A stretch of 43,941 bases of DNA from Octopus bimaculoides (Eukaryota). The position numbers were made by a program, and so were the translations under genes. The notes under the pieces were generated by a model. That model worked only from the letters and a program-made list of their open reading frames with translations, made no database searches and had not been told where the DNA came from. Position 1 is the stretch's first letter. Every line of letters begins with the position of its first letter. Below, piece by piece: positions 1 through 13,163 of this stretch. The stretch lies in contig NC_068995.1 in assembly GCF_001194135.2 (NCBI RefSeq), positions 51,823,519 to 51,867,459 of the forward strand, read 5' to 3'.

Positions 1-542
1 TGTGTGTGAGTATGTGTGTGTATATGCGTGTGTGTGTCTGTGAGTAGCGAAGATAGTGACTAATGATTGATTAGTTGATTTGAACTTTAACGATAATTCA
101 TTTTTATTCATTTTCAGACCGTTAGGGTCACTCGTTGGAAATTGTTTTAACTTCCAAATGCTAAATAGTAATCTATTTCGTTTCCTTCCTTCTTATTTCA
201 AACGCTTATTGGACACAGCAACGAAGCCTGTCTGCTTTATCGTGTTTGATCGGCCGATAATCTTTTTCACTTTGGTTATAAATATCTCGTTCATACAGCA
301 ATTGTTTGTACTACGTTATTCTGAACTCCATATACTTTCTCTGAAATAGTGTGTCGAGGACAACAATATATCCATCTTGTCCTTAAACGTCATGTGAGTC
401 TGTGTGCTTGTGTCTGTCTCTGTGTGTTTGTGCGTGTGCGTGTGTATGTTTTGATTGTAGATAACAATTAAGGAGGGGTTTTGTGATTGATATTACTAAC
501 ATTCCGAGCATCAGCATAGAAAATCCCTTGAGATAAAGTTTG

Positions 543-585
<43 letters not shown>

Positions 586-680
586 NNNNNNNNNNNNNNN
601 NNNNNNNNNNNNNNNNNNNNNNNNNNNNNNNNNNNNNNNNNNNNNNNNNNNNNNNNNNNNNNNNNNNNNNNNNNNNNNNN

Positions 681-785
681 AGAAGAAGAAGAAGAAGAAG
701 AAGAAGAAGAAGAAGAAGAAGAAGAAGAAGAAGAAGAAGAAGAAGAAGAAGAAGAAGAAGAAGAAGAAGAAGAAGAAGAAGAAGA
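681..785 (+). repeat. (AAG)n microsatellite
   Basis: Perfect agaagaagaa... array directly after a gap. Confidence 0.98.
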
Positions 786-1349
786 CCAAGGATAAGGTGG
801 TGGAGTATGAGGAAAAGAGGAAAAAGGAAGATGAGGAGGTGGAGAACGAGAAGAAGAAAGTAAAGTGCAAATGATGAAAACCTGTAGAGATGAATTGGGG
901 AACGGAAGTGTTTGGGTCAGTCGAGTAAACCGTATATTACAAAATTTCATAACTTAGTCAGTAAAATGATATTATTCTAAGTAGGTGTAAGTTAAGAGAT
1001 GAGAAACAGAGGGGGAAATGAAACAGAGGTAAAAGAACACACATACACACACACATATATAAAAGTTAGATAATTCAGGTTTCGGCCAGTATAGGCCCAG
1101 GCCATGTCTAACTTAATAGCACCACCTGGTGAAGTCTTTTAGTTCGTGATTCACACTTCAATCATATATGCGACACCATGGCCTACTCTAGCAAGGAGTT
1201 GTTATTGTTGGAGACATATCCACTAGATTTATAAGCAAAAGCATAAGGCTGTCGTTAATAAAGCACCCTTTACAAGCAGCTGAGAAACATTTTAGATATC
1301 TTGTGAGGGTTCAACATGGAAGAAATGAAGACTAACACCTCTGAGAGGA

Positions 1350-1810
1350 TGTCGGCCATGATGATGGCAATGTCAATGCTGTTGCCACGGCTACTGTTGC
1401 TTCTCTCACTGCTGCTGCTGCTGTTGTTGTAACTGCTGCCGCTGCTGATGATGATTATGATGACGGTGATGGTGGTGGGAGTGGCTCTTGTGGTGATGAT
1501 CATGAACATGATGATGATGAGGAGGAGGAGGAGGAGGAGGAGGAGGAGAAAGAGGNNNNNNNNNNNNNNNNNNNNNNNNNNNNNNNNNNNNNNNNNNNNN
1601 NNNNNNNNNNNNNNNNNNNNNNNNNNNNNNNNNNNNNNNNNNNNNNNNNNNNNNNNNNNNNNNNNNNNNNNNNNNNNNNNNNNNNNNNNNNNNNNNNNNN
1701 NNNNNNNNNNNNNNNNNNNNNNNNNNNNNNNNNNNNNNNNNNAGGAGGAGGAGGAGGAGGAGGAGGAGGAGGAGAGCGTTATTGTGGAAGATTACGACGA
1801 CGACGACGTC
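1350..1810 (+). repeat. Mosaic trinucleotide repeat (GCT/GAT/GGT/GAG/GAC) spanning a gap
   Basis: Successive runs of gct, gat, ggt, gag and gac triplets. Confidence 0.85.
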
Positions 1811-2563
1811 GAGACGAAGTTGTTAGGAAACAAAAATGAAGGATAAAAGGTTTGTAAATCTAATTGTAAGGTGAAGGAGTCTTCGGAGGCGAGACTAAGG
1901 CGGTGAAGGAAAAATACAAACGAAAACAAACAAACAAACAAACAAACAATAAACAAAGCAAAAATAAACAACAGTGAATGCAGATTAAGAGATAAGCATG
2001 AACGTGGTAGCAGAAGTAGGAGGGAAACAGAATGAAAAGAATTGCATTATGGAAAAGTCTATAGCAAGGTGGGAGAGGGAAATAAACATGGTTATGTTGA
2101 GAAGGGAAAGAGAAGAAAATGGCGTCATGATCCGAAAGAGACATGACGTAAAATCGGCGCCCAGTATGTCGGCTGCACGGGGCTGTCTAAGAAGTGGGTA
2201 AGACACCAGCCTTGTTGGAAGTCTGGAAGTAAGTCGTACAACAGGCGCCCTAATTTCGAAATCGATATCGTAGTCGTGGTCGTTATAGTTGTCGTCACCA
2301 TTATCGGTTCTTGTTATAGTCAGCATCGCCATCGTTATCACAAAATCTATTGACTTATTTCTCGGTAATGCTGTGGGATTACTACAGCTGCCGCGTATTC
2401 GGCAATCTAAGGATATATCAACACGGTTAATGTGCATGTATGCCAGTCACATCTCTGCATATCAAAACAAGAAATTCATACACACACTCTTTCCCCTCCC
2501 TCTCAGTCACTCTCGCATGCACTCACATTAATATGCACGAGGTGTATTCTATATATATTCTAT

Positions 2564-2680
2564 GAGTATGGCTGTGTGGCAAAAGCTTTGCTTCCTAACC
2601 GCATTGTCCCGGATTCAGTTCCACAGAGTAGCACTTTGAGCAAGTGTCTTTTACAATATCTTCGGACCGACCAAAGTTGC
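2564..2680 (+). mobile_element. tRNA-derived CORE-type SINE (family 1), 5' half, diverged
   Basis: TGGCTGTGTGG A-box, GATTCAGTTCC B-box-like motif and CTTTGAGCAAGTGTCTT CORE-like motif. It is the reverse complement of the copy at 13340-13485 and runs into a (TA)n tract and a gap. Confidence 0.8.
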
Positions 2681-2723
<43 letters not shown>

Positions 2724-3374
2724 NNNNNNNNNNNNNNNNNNNNNNNNNNNNNNNNNNNNNNNNNNNNNNNNNNNNNNNNNNNNNNNNNNNNNNNNNNNNN
2801 NNNNNNNNNNNNNNNNNNNNNNNNNNNNNNNNNNNNNNNNNNNNNNNNNNNNNNNNNNNNNNNNNNNNNNNNNNNNNNNNNNNNNNNNNNNNNNNNNNNN
2901 NNNNNNNNNNNNNNNNNNNNNNNNNNNNNNNNNNNNNNNNNNNNNNNNNNNNNNNNNNNNNNNNNNNNNNNNNNNNNNNNNNNNNNNNNNNNNNNNNNNN
3001 NNNNNNNNNNNNNNNNNNNNNNNNNNNNNNNNNNNNNNNNNNNNNNNNNNNNNNNNNNNNNNNNNNNNNNNNNNNNNNNNNNNNNNNNNNNNNNNNNNNN
3101 NNNNNNNNNNNNNNNNNNNNNNNNNNNNNNNNNNNNNNNNNNNNNNNNNNNNNNNNNNNNNNNNNNNNNNNNNNNNNNNNNNNNNNNNNNNNNNNNNNNN
3201 NNNNNNNNNNNNNNNNNNNNNNNNNNNNNNNNNNNNNNNNNNNNNNNNNNNNNNNNNNNNNNNNNNNNNNNNNNATTTCATTCACTTTTAAAAAAGGTAA
3301 AATTGGACAGAACTTATGGGATGACCTGATATATATATATATATATATACAGCGGAAAAGAGGGAAATAAATGC

Positions 3375-3465
3375 ATACACATACATACATACAAACATAC
3401 ATACATACATACATACATACACACATACATACATACATACATACATACATACATACATACATGCA
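3375..3465 (+). repeat. (ACAT)n microsatellite
   Basis: Tandem acat units. Confidence 0.95.
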
Positions 3466-5032
3466 TGCATGGTCAGTGAGAATAGGTGAATATATGCAAA
3501 AGGAGTTTATGTGTATGCATGCGTGTGTTTGTGCGTCTGTGTGAGTGTGTTTGGTGAGTGTCTGGTGTGCTGTGTGTATGCGTGTGCGTGCGTTCGTGTG
3601 TGTTTCTGACTAGCTCTGACATGTCATGGCTTTGTGTAGAAATGTTTTCTAAACAAATAAACAAAGACACCAATTAGCATGGTTAGCTGCACGCAGACTC
3701 CACTTTATTTTCCATGGATCTTTTCAGTCAGCAATAGAATGGAAAAATTATTTTGCCGAAACTTCCATTGTAACGACATCGTTTCGTAGTATTAAAGCCT
3801 GCATAAAAACAGAAACACTAACAGAAATAAATAAAAGGAAGCTAAACAACGAGACCCTTTTCTATGTAGTCTCGAGTTTACTTTTCACAAAGAATAATTA
3901 TAAAATAGCTAATTGCAAGAGCGGAGACTTACTCAGTTAATAACATTTTACGTTGAGAAAGGGTCATTTTGATTAGACCTGTTTGAGAAGGCCAAATGAA
4001 CTACTGCTCATTGTTTTCGGTAATTAATATGAAGCTAAATAGCTTAACTGTGTCAGAGATTATAAGCGAAAGACACACTTTTCAGAAGTTAATGATATCT
4101 GGTCGAAACCAGACCCGTAACATTGCTACGGATGACAAAAAGAAAAATTCAGTATACGCTATTAAGGCAATCAACATAATTCCAATAAGGTCCTTATAAG
4201 ATAAGAAATTAGAGGCATATTCCGTGGGATAATTCTGAATATATTTCCTAAAGTATATAGCGTTCCTCTCTCTCTCTCTCTCTCTCTCTCNNNNNNNNNN
4301 NNNNNNNNNNNNNNNNNNNNNNNNNNNNNNNNNNNNNNNNNNNNNNNNNNNNNNNNNNNNNNNNNNNNNNNNNNNNNNNNNNNNNNNNNNNNNNNNNNNN
4401 NNNNNNNNNNNNNNNNNNNNNNNNNNNNNNNNNNNNNNNNNNNNNNNNNNNNNNNNNNNNNNNNNNNNNNNNNNNNNNNNNNNNNNNNNNNNNNNNNNNN
4501 NNNNNNNNNNNNNNNNNNNNNNNNNNNNNNNNNNNNNNNNNNNNNNNNNNNNNNNNNNNNNNNNNNNNNNNNNNNNNNNNNNNNNNNNNNNNNNNNNNNN
4601 NNNNNNNNNNNNNNNNNNNNNNNNNNNNNNNNNNNNNNNNNNNNNNNNNNNNNNNNNNNNNNNNNNNNNNNNNNNNNNNNNNNNNNNNNNNNNNNNNNNN
4701 NNNNNNNNNNNNNNNNNNNNNNNNNNNNNNNNNNNNNNNNNNNNNNNNNNNNNNNNNNNNNNNNNNNNNNNNNNNNNNNNNNNNNNNNNNNNNNNNNNNN
4801 NNNNNNNNNNNNNNNNNNNNNNNNNNNNNNNNNNNNNNNNNNNNNNNNNNNNNNNNNNNNNNNNNNNNNNNNNNNNNNNNNNNNNNNNNNNNNNNNNNNN
4901 NNNNNNNNNNNNNNNNNNNNNNNNNNNNNNNNNNNNNNNNNNNNNNNNNNNNNNNNNNNNNNNNNNNNNNNNNNNNNNNNNNNNNNNNNNNNNNNNNNNN
5001 NNNNNNNNNNNNNNNNNNNNNNNNNNNNNNNN

Positions 5033-5071
<39 letters not shown>

Positions 5072-5214
5072 CGTGCGTGTATGTGTATTAGTGTAATTGT
5101 AATATGTGCGTATATGTGTACTTGTACCGCTAATGTAACGAAAGTTTAAACTGCATATTGACAGGCTCGATACAGGGTCGGACGAGATCTGTTGCGTCAT
5201 TCTTTCTCTCTTTT

Positions 5215-5282
5215 TAGTTCCCGAGTTCAAATTTCGATGCTGCCGACATTATCCTTTTATCTTCCTGGGTTCGATAAAGAAA
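5215..5282 (+). mobile_element. Degenerate fragment of SINE family 2 (Meta-domain-like)
   Basis: gagttcaaatttcg...ttttatcttcctgggttcgataaa resembles the intact copy at 26980-27152. Confidence 0.55.
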
Positions 5283-6174
5283 ATGACTGTGTAACCCTGT
5301 GGATTAGAGGGTTTTAGCGCGTTAGACTGGATGTATACACGTATGTTTGTATGTATGTCAGTATGTCTGTCTGTCTGTCTGTCTGTCTGCATGTATGTAT
5401 GCATGTATGTATGTAGCGCAATATATTTGTGCTTGACTATGCATGGATAATGGAAAATCCCGAAAATCCTGTTAATCAGTTTGAACAAACACTCTCCTCC
5501 TTGTTACATTTACAGTTGCCTGTATAAACAACGTGGAAGCCTTAGCATTTCCATGTAAACCGCACGTTTGGGGGCTAAGCGTGGATCTTTGAAAATAAAT
5601 CCAGTGTTTGTTCAGTTCACTTTAAAACAACATCTGATTCGTCATTTCATTTATCGTCAAAGCCAGACACGAAACTCTTGGAGTATTTAAAATCAAAAGC
5701 GAGAAAAAGTAAACTTTCAATTATAAAACATCTATTAACTGTTTATTGAAATAACTATTAGATAGATTAGCCATAGACGTAATCTGTGTAACAGATGGTA
5801 AATGCGATTGAAAAATCAAACATTTTACTTTACATCACTTACGTCACATTTAATATGGCTGCCGTCTACATCATTGTGTGGCAGTTTTAGAATACTGGAG
5901 GTTATCAAAATATAGAATATAGAAAAAGTATATTTTTCCAAAGTAGCGCATCAGCTCTGAAAAAAACGTAGAATATTTTCCTACTGTAATTATGTGAATG
6001 TAGTATAAGTGGAGGTAACATATGGACTGGAAAAGGAAAGAAATCACGTTGAAGGAATCAATAGGATTTGTGACAATTGTGATTTTTCATTAGAAAGGTA
6101 TTACTGCATTAAGGTGAAAGGAACTTAGTCTACGGTTTGCATATATATTTGTGCGTGTATGAGTGCGTGTATGA

Positions 6175-6206
<32 letters not shown>

Positions 6207-7164
6207 TGGCCCCTTGTGGGCAATAAAAAAAAATCACACATATACATACATGCACACATACTACGTACATGTGAATGATGTTGTAAGTCCTGCCACGAAA
6301 CATGTATGCAATATGATCTTGAACAATCTGTATCCTCCACCAGATTGTCTTCCCTACGTATCACTAATATACAACATGAATAACGAAATACACACATCGG
6401 AAAGACACGGAGAACCATTGTTCATATTCGTGGTTCTCATTGATCTCTCGTAATAAATAATCTAGGATGCTGCATATATGATCATTTGGTCGTTTGCTTT
6501 CTTTATGTTATTTCTGTTGTTCAAAACATCCGTGTTGAAGAAAAATTACGATGAAAGTAATTCAGAAAAGGAGTCATTCGGATACCTGTTAACATGGCTT
6601 CATTTTTTACGAAACTCATCTGACAGTTTTCAATGTCTTCATTTATTTTTCTTTTCTTGTAGAATGACAGTCTGTTTTGAGAGAGGGAAAGAGAAGCGAG
6701 GGAGAGAGAGGAGAGAGATTTCCTTCGTAGATATTTGTTTGAAACGATTTCATCTCAAAGATGCATGTCTCCTTCTATCGTGTATCTTCATCTCTATCTC
6801 ACAGCTATGGTCGTCATTGTTACATACCTGGAGCAAAAACATGTCGATTCGTTTCATGTTCTTTCGCTGGGAGTCGTATATCTAGGATCTGATTGTAAAT
6901 AAATTATGAGGTTTTGAGAGAAATAGCAATGAATTTACGTGATAGCGTTCATATATATATATATATATATATATAGTATGGAGAATTAATAATTTAACCT
7001 TTAGATGTGTGCCTAGCATAAGTCTCAACATCTATATACATGAACAAAGAGAAATATACATATAATACATACAATGCGCGAGCACAGACACACACTCATA
7101 CATACATCTATATATTTACATATACATACATACATACATGCATGCATACACACGCATGCAAACC

Positions 7165-8075
7165 TTGTCTGTTGAATAGCATAGGTCGTTCAGATTGCTG
7201 ATATTTGTGAACGCTTCCTCTATACAAACGTTCTGCTCAACAGTCTCCAGGATAAGTGGACCGAACAAGTAGTATTCGGGGCTGGTGGACGGATCGAGAT
7301 TTTACAGTGGATGTGATACCACTGAGCACTCCAATTTGCCGATTGCTTTACATATTGCCAAAGATGTGTGGTCACACATTTTCATGGTGAATATTGACCG
7401 TTTAAAACTCTTGTTTAGTGTCTACCTCCTAATGATTTCTGTAAGCTTTTTGAGCGTCTCAAAGTATGGATCACCACTGCCAGGAAAATCAAAGAAAATG
7501 GCGCCCCCGTTGTGTTCCAAAACAGTTACCATGACTTTTTGCACTGATAGCTGACTCGTGAACTACTTAGACGTTGAAGAATTCGAATGCCTTTATGTAC
7601 ACTGAGCCCTCGATTCTGGACCATAAATCTAAATTCCCTATTTTCACATGAAAAAGAAAAGTATGTTGACGGGTTTCAAAGCCCTTTTGCAGATCAGAGC
7701 TGATATGCTCTCTTCTCTCCTTCAAATCGGCTGCCGGTTGGCTACATATCTACGGTGTACATATTACCTGACACCCGAAATCTTCCACCGTTTTGATCAC
7801 AGTCATTGAGCAGTAAGCTCAGGGGCTGTGACTTGTCCATCAGTTCGTCCAGTTACTGGCGATTCGTGACAACGATATGAATTGATGATCTCGAGTTGCA
7901 TGGCTTGAATTCAAATCTGATTAACCCTTTTTAATGACATTCATCTATTGTGTCAATGATTGATGTCGTCCCCGGAAACAACTTGTAGATTTCTGTAGGG
8001 GTCGAAAAACTTAGAACCCTTCTATATCGCTATCTCAATGACGGTACCTTGTTTCACCTTGGAACGTATTTTTTT
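7165..8075 (-). pseudogene. Decayed mariner (Tc1/mariner, DD34D-type) transposase
   Basis: Minus-strand translation with stops and frameshifts gives QGTVIE..PTEIYKL, KTVEDFGCQVICTP*ICSQPAADLKERREHISSDLQKGFETRQHTFLFHVKIG, QKVMVTVLEHNGGAIFFDFPGSG and SHPL*NLDPSTSPEYYLFGPL. These are colinear with the mariner motifs WVP, KVMATVFWD and HPPYSPDLAPSDYHLF. No TIRs were recognised. Confidence 0.8.
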
Positions 8076-8444
8076 TACCTAAAATAGAAGAAAACAAGAT
8101 TTATTATAGCGGAAGATGTTTTATAACAAGAAGCGCCAAAGGAACGACCTATGTCAGTAAATAAAAAGAAAAAGTAATACCCGTTTGTGCATTACATTTA
8201 GAACAACATTCATATGTCAGTGAGTGTGCGTGTGCATCTATGTATGTGCATGTATACGTGTATACGTGTATACGTATCTGTACGTCCGCCCTTGTATAGG
8301 CGTGTCTTTTTTTAAAGTAGGTTATTTATCCCCACCACACATGTTTGTTTGTGTGGTTGCAGCTGTCGTGGTTATATCTCTAATGTATTTGCCGCCATAA
8401 TTCTCTTATTATTGTTATTGTATTTCGTGCTAGTGCTTTATAAC

Positions 8445-8514
8445 AAGTCATCATCATCATCATCATCATCATCGTCACCATCGTCATCATTGTCGTTGTC
8501 GGTATTACTACTAC

Positions 8515-8583
<69 letters not shown>

Positions 8584-8590
8584 TATTGTT
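8445..8590 (+). repeat. Compound (ATC)n/(TTA)n microsatellite
   Basis: Seen directly. Confidence 0.95.
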
Positions 8591-8690
8591 ATTTTCATTT
8601 TTAATTCCTTCGTGAAACAATTTCAGAGATACAATATAATGCAATGTCTTGCAACAGCTGGTACAACTGTTTGGCATATATATATATATA

Positions 8691-8732
<42 letters not shown>

Positions 8733-8853
8733 NNNNNNNNNNNNNNNNNNNNNNNNNNNNNNNNNNNNNNNNNNNNNNNNNNNNNNNNNNNNNNNNNNNN
8801 NNNNNNNNNNNNNNNNNNNNNNNNNNNNNNNNNNNNNNNNNNNNNNNNNNNNN

Positions 8854-8892
<39 letters not shown>

Positions 8893-9270
8893 GTATATGT
8901 ATGTATCTATGTTAGTATGGATGCATGTATCAATTCAACCTAGTTCAGTATTGGGGAGGCTTTTAATGGACTACACACGCTATTACTGTAAAAGTAATGT
9001 AGTTTATTGTTATACAGCTCTCTTCTCTATGCAACACGAATATCTCAAAACATTCCCCAAGTCATTTTCTTATAGGACACAAAGGTGGGTTGGGAGCGGA
9101 GATTTTTTTCCTTATTATTTTTTTTTTTTGCTATTTTTTCATGGATTTATCCATAAATATTCCTTAATTCTTTTTTGTTGGTTTTCTTTGTGTTGTTTGG
9201 ATGAGGATCACCGTCTCTTTGTCTCCACAGGTAAGTATATATGGATTTGCATATATGCGTATGCATGTTC

Positions 9271-9327
<57 letters not shown>

Positions 9328-9667
9328 ACACACATGCTTTTACGTAAGTATACTATTTACATATATACATTTACATAGATATAATGTGTGTGTGTAAATA
9401 TGCTCACACATTGATATAAATATATGTATGCATGCGTACATCTATCTCCCCTCTCTCTCTTTCTCTCTCTCTCTATATATATATATGTTATGCATATATA
9501 TATATATGCGTGTGTGTGGATATGTGTGTACATACATAGATGAATACATACATAGGCATACATACATACATACATACATACATACATACATACATACATA
9601 CATACATAGGCATACTGTTACATGTATATAACGTCTGTGTGGGTGTGAGTGGTTGGATAGCGATCAG

Positions 9668-9715
<48 letters not shown>

Positions 9716-10015
9716 GAGAGAGAGAGAGCGATAGAAAGGTTGCTTGGGGCAATATAAACTTATGAACTAGAGGAGAATATAACACGCTATTAGATTAGAG
9801 ATAAGGGATATAGGATACTAGCAACTTTGCGTCCATGTATCAATGAAGACTGTTAAGCTGTATCCGGAGAGAGTGTATATGTTTGTATTTGTGACACTAT
9901 ATCGTTGCTACGGTTATACGTATATATGTATTGTGTAACCATGTGTATGTTTCTAAATTGCATATGTATTTTATATATTTATAAATGTTTATGCATACAC
10001 ACACACACGCACACT

Positions 10016-10049
<34 letters not shown>

Positions 10050-10274
10050 TATATACATACATATATAGGGTTAAAACTAATCAGAGGGCATACTAAATAT
10101 GTCCTTTGATTAATTCTAATCCTTCAGCTATTTAATGCTCTTTTGGACCTGCAATCGCCTATATTATTTATTCTGTTCTTATCATTTTGAATTGTTACAC
10201 TTGATAATAACAAAGTCAATAATATTATCGCAAATTATTCGCTCCGTATTGAAATATATGTATACATATATATA

Positions 10275-10320
<46 letters not shown>

Positions 10321-10589
10321 TATACATATATATATATACATACATATATGTATGTATGTATGTATGTATGTATATATATATATATAATATCTGTACATGA
10401 TGCTTACGTGTACAAAGGATCCTCGTTGTGATATAATAACATTTGTAGCGGCAATTTTGTTCTGCTTTTGGTTCTTGTTAGTTAGATCCTATGTACATTT
10501 CTACAAATTAAGAATTCCTTTGAAATTACCAAAAGGAAAGCTTCTCTTTGACAATGAGGTTGCGTCTTATTATATTTATGTAGTTATCC

Positions 10590-10680
10590 CTATAATCATC
10601 ATCATCACCATCATCATTATCATCATCATCATCATCATAATCATCAGCATCATTATCATCATCATCACCATTATCCTCAT
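10590..10680 (+). repeat. (ATC)n imperfect microsatellite
   Basis: Seen directly. Confidence 0.9.
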
Positions 10681-13163
10681 CGTTAGCGTCGGTGGCGTGC
10701 TGAAAGAACCATATGTGAAAACTGTTTCCCGCAGCAAAAATGTATAAATGATTTCATGAGCGAAAAGTGACAGATTTTTTTTTTCAAGCAACAGCGATTT
10801 TAAGAACTGTGCAATCAATAAACAAAAATGAAATAAGATGAATAAATATTTGAACTCTACGCATGTTTTTCGTTATAAATCCATAAATTTCAAATTCATA
10901 TGATTTATAATTCCACCTAATACTATGAAGGCATTATTAACTGCCTTGTAATGACTACGTCTAGCGGGCATGACATTTAATAACTACGGTAATTTCTTAA
11001 ATTAATTGTTTCAAATCCGTCATTATTGAATACAATTGAAAACCCGATCTTCAAACCGCCATCAATAATGCTGAAACATCACATAAATCCGATGCACAAA
11101 GAACGTAATTATTTGTGATGCTTATTGGTATGTTGTTTCTTACTTCTTTTTGCCAAATTTCTAGGCAAATCAACATACTTTTCTCACACTGGATCCTTTA
11201 ATGTCTCTTGTCTCCACTCTCTACCAACCAATATTTTACTCCACAATCACTATTAAATATTTTAATTCTTCATAATTTTATTTTCCAGAAATACTCTAAT
11301 TCTTGAACAATTTCATTTAATTGGCAAAACACGTTGAATTTTTTTTTTTTTTTTTNNNNNNNNNNNNNNNNNNNNNNNNNNNNNNNNNNNNNNNNNNNNN
11401 NNNNNNNNNNNNNNNNNNNNNNNNNNNNNNNNNNNNNNNNNNNNNNNNNNNNNNNNNNNNNNNNNNNNNNNNNNNNNNNNNNNNNNNNNNNNNNNNNNNN
11501 NNNNNNNNNNNNNNNNNNNNNNNNNNNNNNNNNNNNNNNNNNNNNNNNNNNNNNNNNNNNNNNNNNNNNNNNNNNNNNNNNNNNNNNNNNNNNNNNNNNN
11601 NNNNNNNNNNNNNNNNNNNNNNNNNNNNNNNNNNNNNNNNNNNNNNNNNNNNNNNNNNNNNNNNNNNNNNNNNNNNNNNNNNNNNNNNNNNNNNNNNNNN
11701 NNNNNNNNNNNNNNNNNNNNNNNNNNNNNNNNNNNNNNNNNNNNNNNNNNNNNNNNNNNNNNNNNNNNNNNNNNNNNNNNNNNNNNNNNNNNNNNNNNNN
11801 NNNNNNNNNNNNNNNNNNNNNNNNNNNNNNNNNNNNNNNNNNNNNNNNNNNNNNNNNNNNNNNNNNNNNNNNNNNNNNNNNNNNNNNNNNNNNNNNNNNN
11901 NNNNNNNNNNNNNNNNNNNNNNNNNNNNNNNNNNNNNNNNNNNNNNNNNNNNNNNNNNNNNNNNNNNNNNNNNNNNNNNNNNNNNNNNNNNNNNNNNNNN
12001 NNNNNNNNNNNNNNNNNNNNNNNNNNNNNNNNNNNNNNNNNNNNNNNNNNNNNNNNNNNNNNNNNNNNNNNNNNNNNNNNNNNNNNNNNNNNNNNNNNNN
12101 NNNNNNNNNNNNNNNNNNNNNNNNNNNNNNNNNNNNNNNNNNNNNNNNNNNNNNNNNNNNNNNNNNNNNNNNNNNNNNNNNNNNNNNNNNNNNNNNNNNN
12201 NNNNNNNNNNNNNNNNNNNNNNNNNNNNNNNNNNNNNNNNNNNNNNNNNNNNNNNAAACTTCTAGAAAAAAAACAAAGAACATGAAGGTTGAACGGAAAA
12301 ATTTTTTGTATAAGAGAATGCAGAGACGGAGAGAGGCTGAGAGGGAGAAGGAGAGAGATAGAGAGAGAGAGAGAGACAAAGAGAGAGAGACAGAGGAAAA
12401 ACGGATAGGCGCATGAATATTGGTAACGTGTTCTCGTACGCAGCCGCAGCAAGTTCGAAAAGGTTAGTATATTGCATGTCACGACGCCCCTGCGATTCCA
12501 TTAAGAGTTGGGAAATCAACCATCCAAAAAGGCACGCAACTTTCTAACTGAAGTGGTTCATTCTACATCAGTACACACAAACAGATACACACGCACCCAC
12601 ACCTGCACACACACAAACACACACACACACACATATAAATGAAGAAGTATACAGACACACGAACGCACTTGTACACACATATATGTATATATGTGCATGC
12701 ATACATTCATTTATGCGTGCGTGTGCATGATTTTGTGTGTGAAAGAGTGAAAGAGAAAAAGAGTGTGTGTCTATATATGAGTATACCTATCTATCGATAT
12801 ATCTATCTATCGATCTATCCCTCTATGTATGCATGTTTGTATGTATGTATGTATGTATGTATGTATGTATGTATGTATGTATGTGTAGGTATGTATATAT
12901 ATATATATATATANNNNNNNNNNNNNNNNNNNNNNNNNNNNNNNNNNNNNNNNNNNNNNNNNNNNNNNNNNNNNNNNNNNNNNNNNNNNNNNNNNNNNNN
13001 NNNNNNNNNNNNNNNNNNNNNNNNNNNNNNNNNNNNNNNNNNNNNNNNNNNNNNNNNNNNNNNNNNNNNNNNNNNNNNNNNNNNNNNNNNNNNNNNNNNN
13101 NNNNNNNNNNNNNNNNNNNNNNNNNNNNNNNNNNNNNNNNNNNNNNNNNNNNNNNNNNNNNNN

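Noticed and set aside
468-950. Poly-S/F/R/E ORFs, and all YIYI, CVCV, HTHT, LSIY, MYVC and X-filled ORFs across the window
   Set aside because: They are translations of microsatellites and N-gaps with no coding signal.
1316-1846. Signal-peptide-like MEEMK...LLLLLLL* and acidic D/E-rich frames
   Set aside because: Products of a trinucleotide mosaic. They stop early, span a gap and lack splice support.
1985-2437. 150-aa minus-strand ORF
   Set aside because: No recognisable domain, and its 3' third is the complement of a purine-rich tract. Only the CpG-rich part is kept as a finding.
3731-3940. 70-codon open frame after ttttcAG (SAIEWKNYFAETS...)
   Set aside because: No donor, no recognisable homology and AT-rich codons; within chance.
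6805-6900. YLEQKHVDSFHVLSLGVVYLG (+), faintly PLAT-like; also ILDIRLPAKEHETNRHVFAPG (-) with a CAG|GTATGT donor
   Set aside because: The PLAT spacing is wrong and there is no plus-strand donor. The minus candidate has a weak acceptor and no homology.
7285-7554. 89-aa plus-strand ORF
   Set aside because: It is antisense to the mariner relic.
12256-12290. Strong minus-strand acceptor facing a 900-nt gap
   Set aside because: Any exon would lie in the Ns, so it cannot be evaluated.
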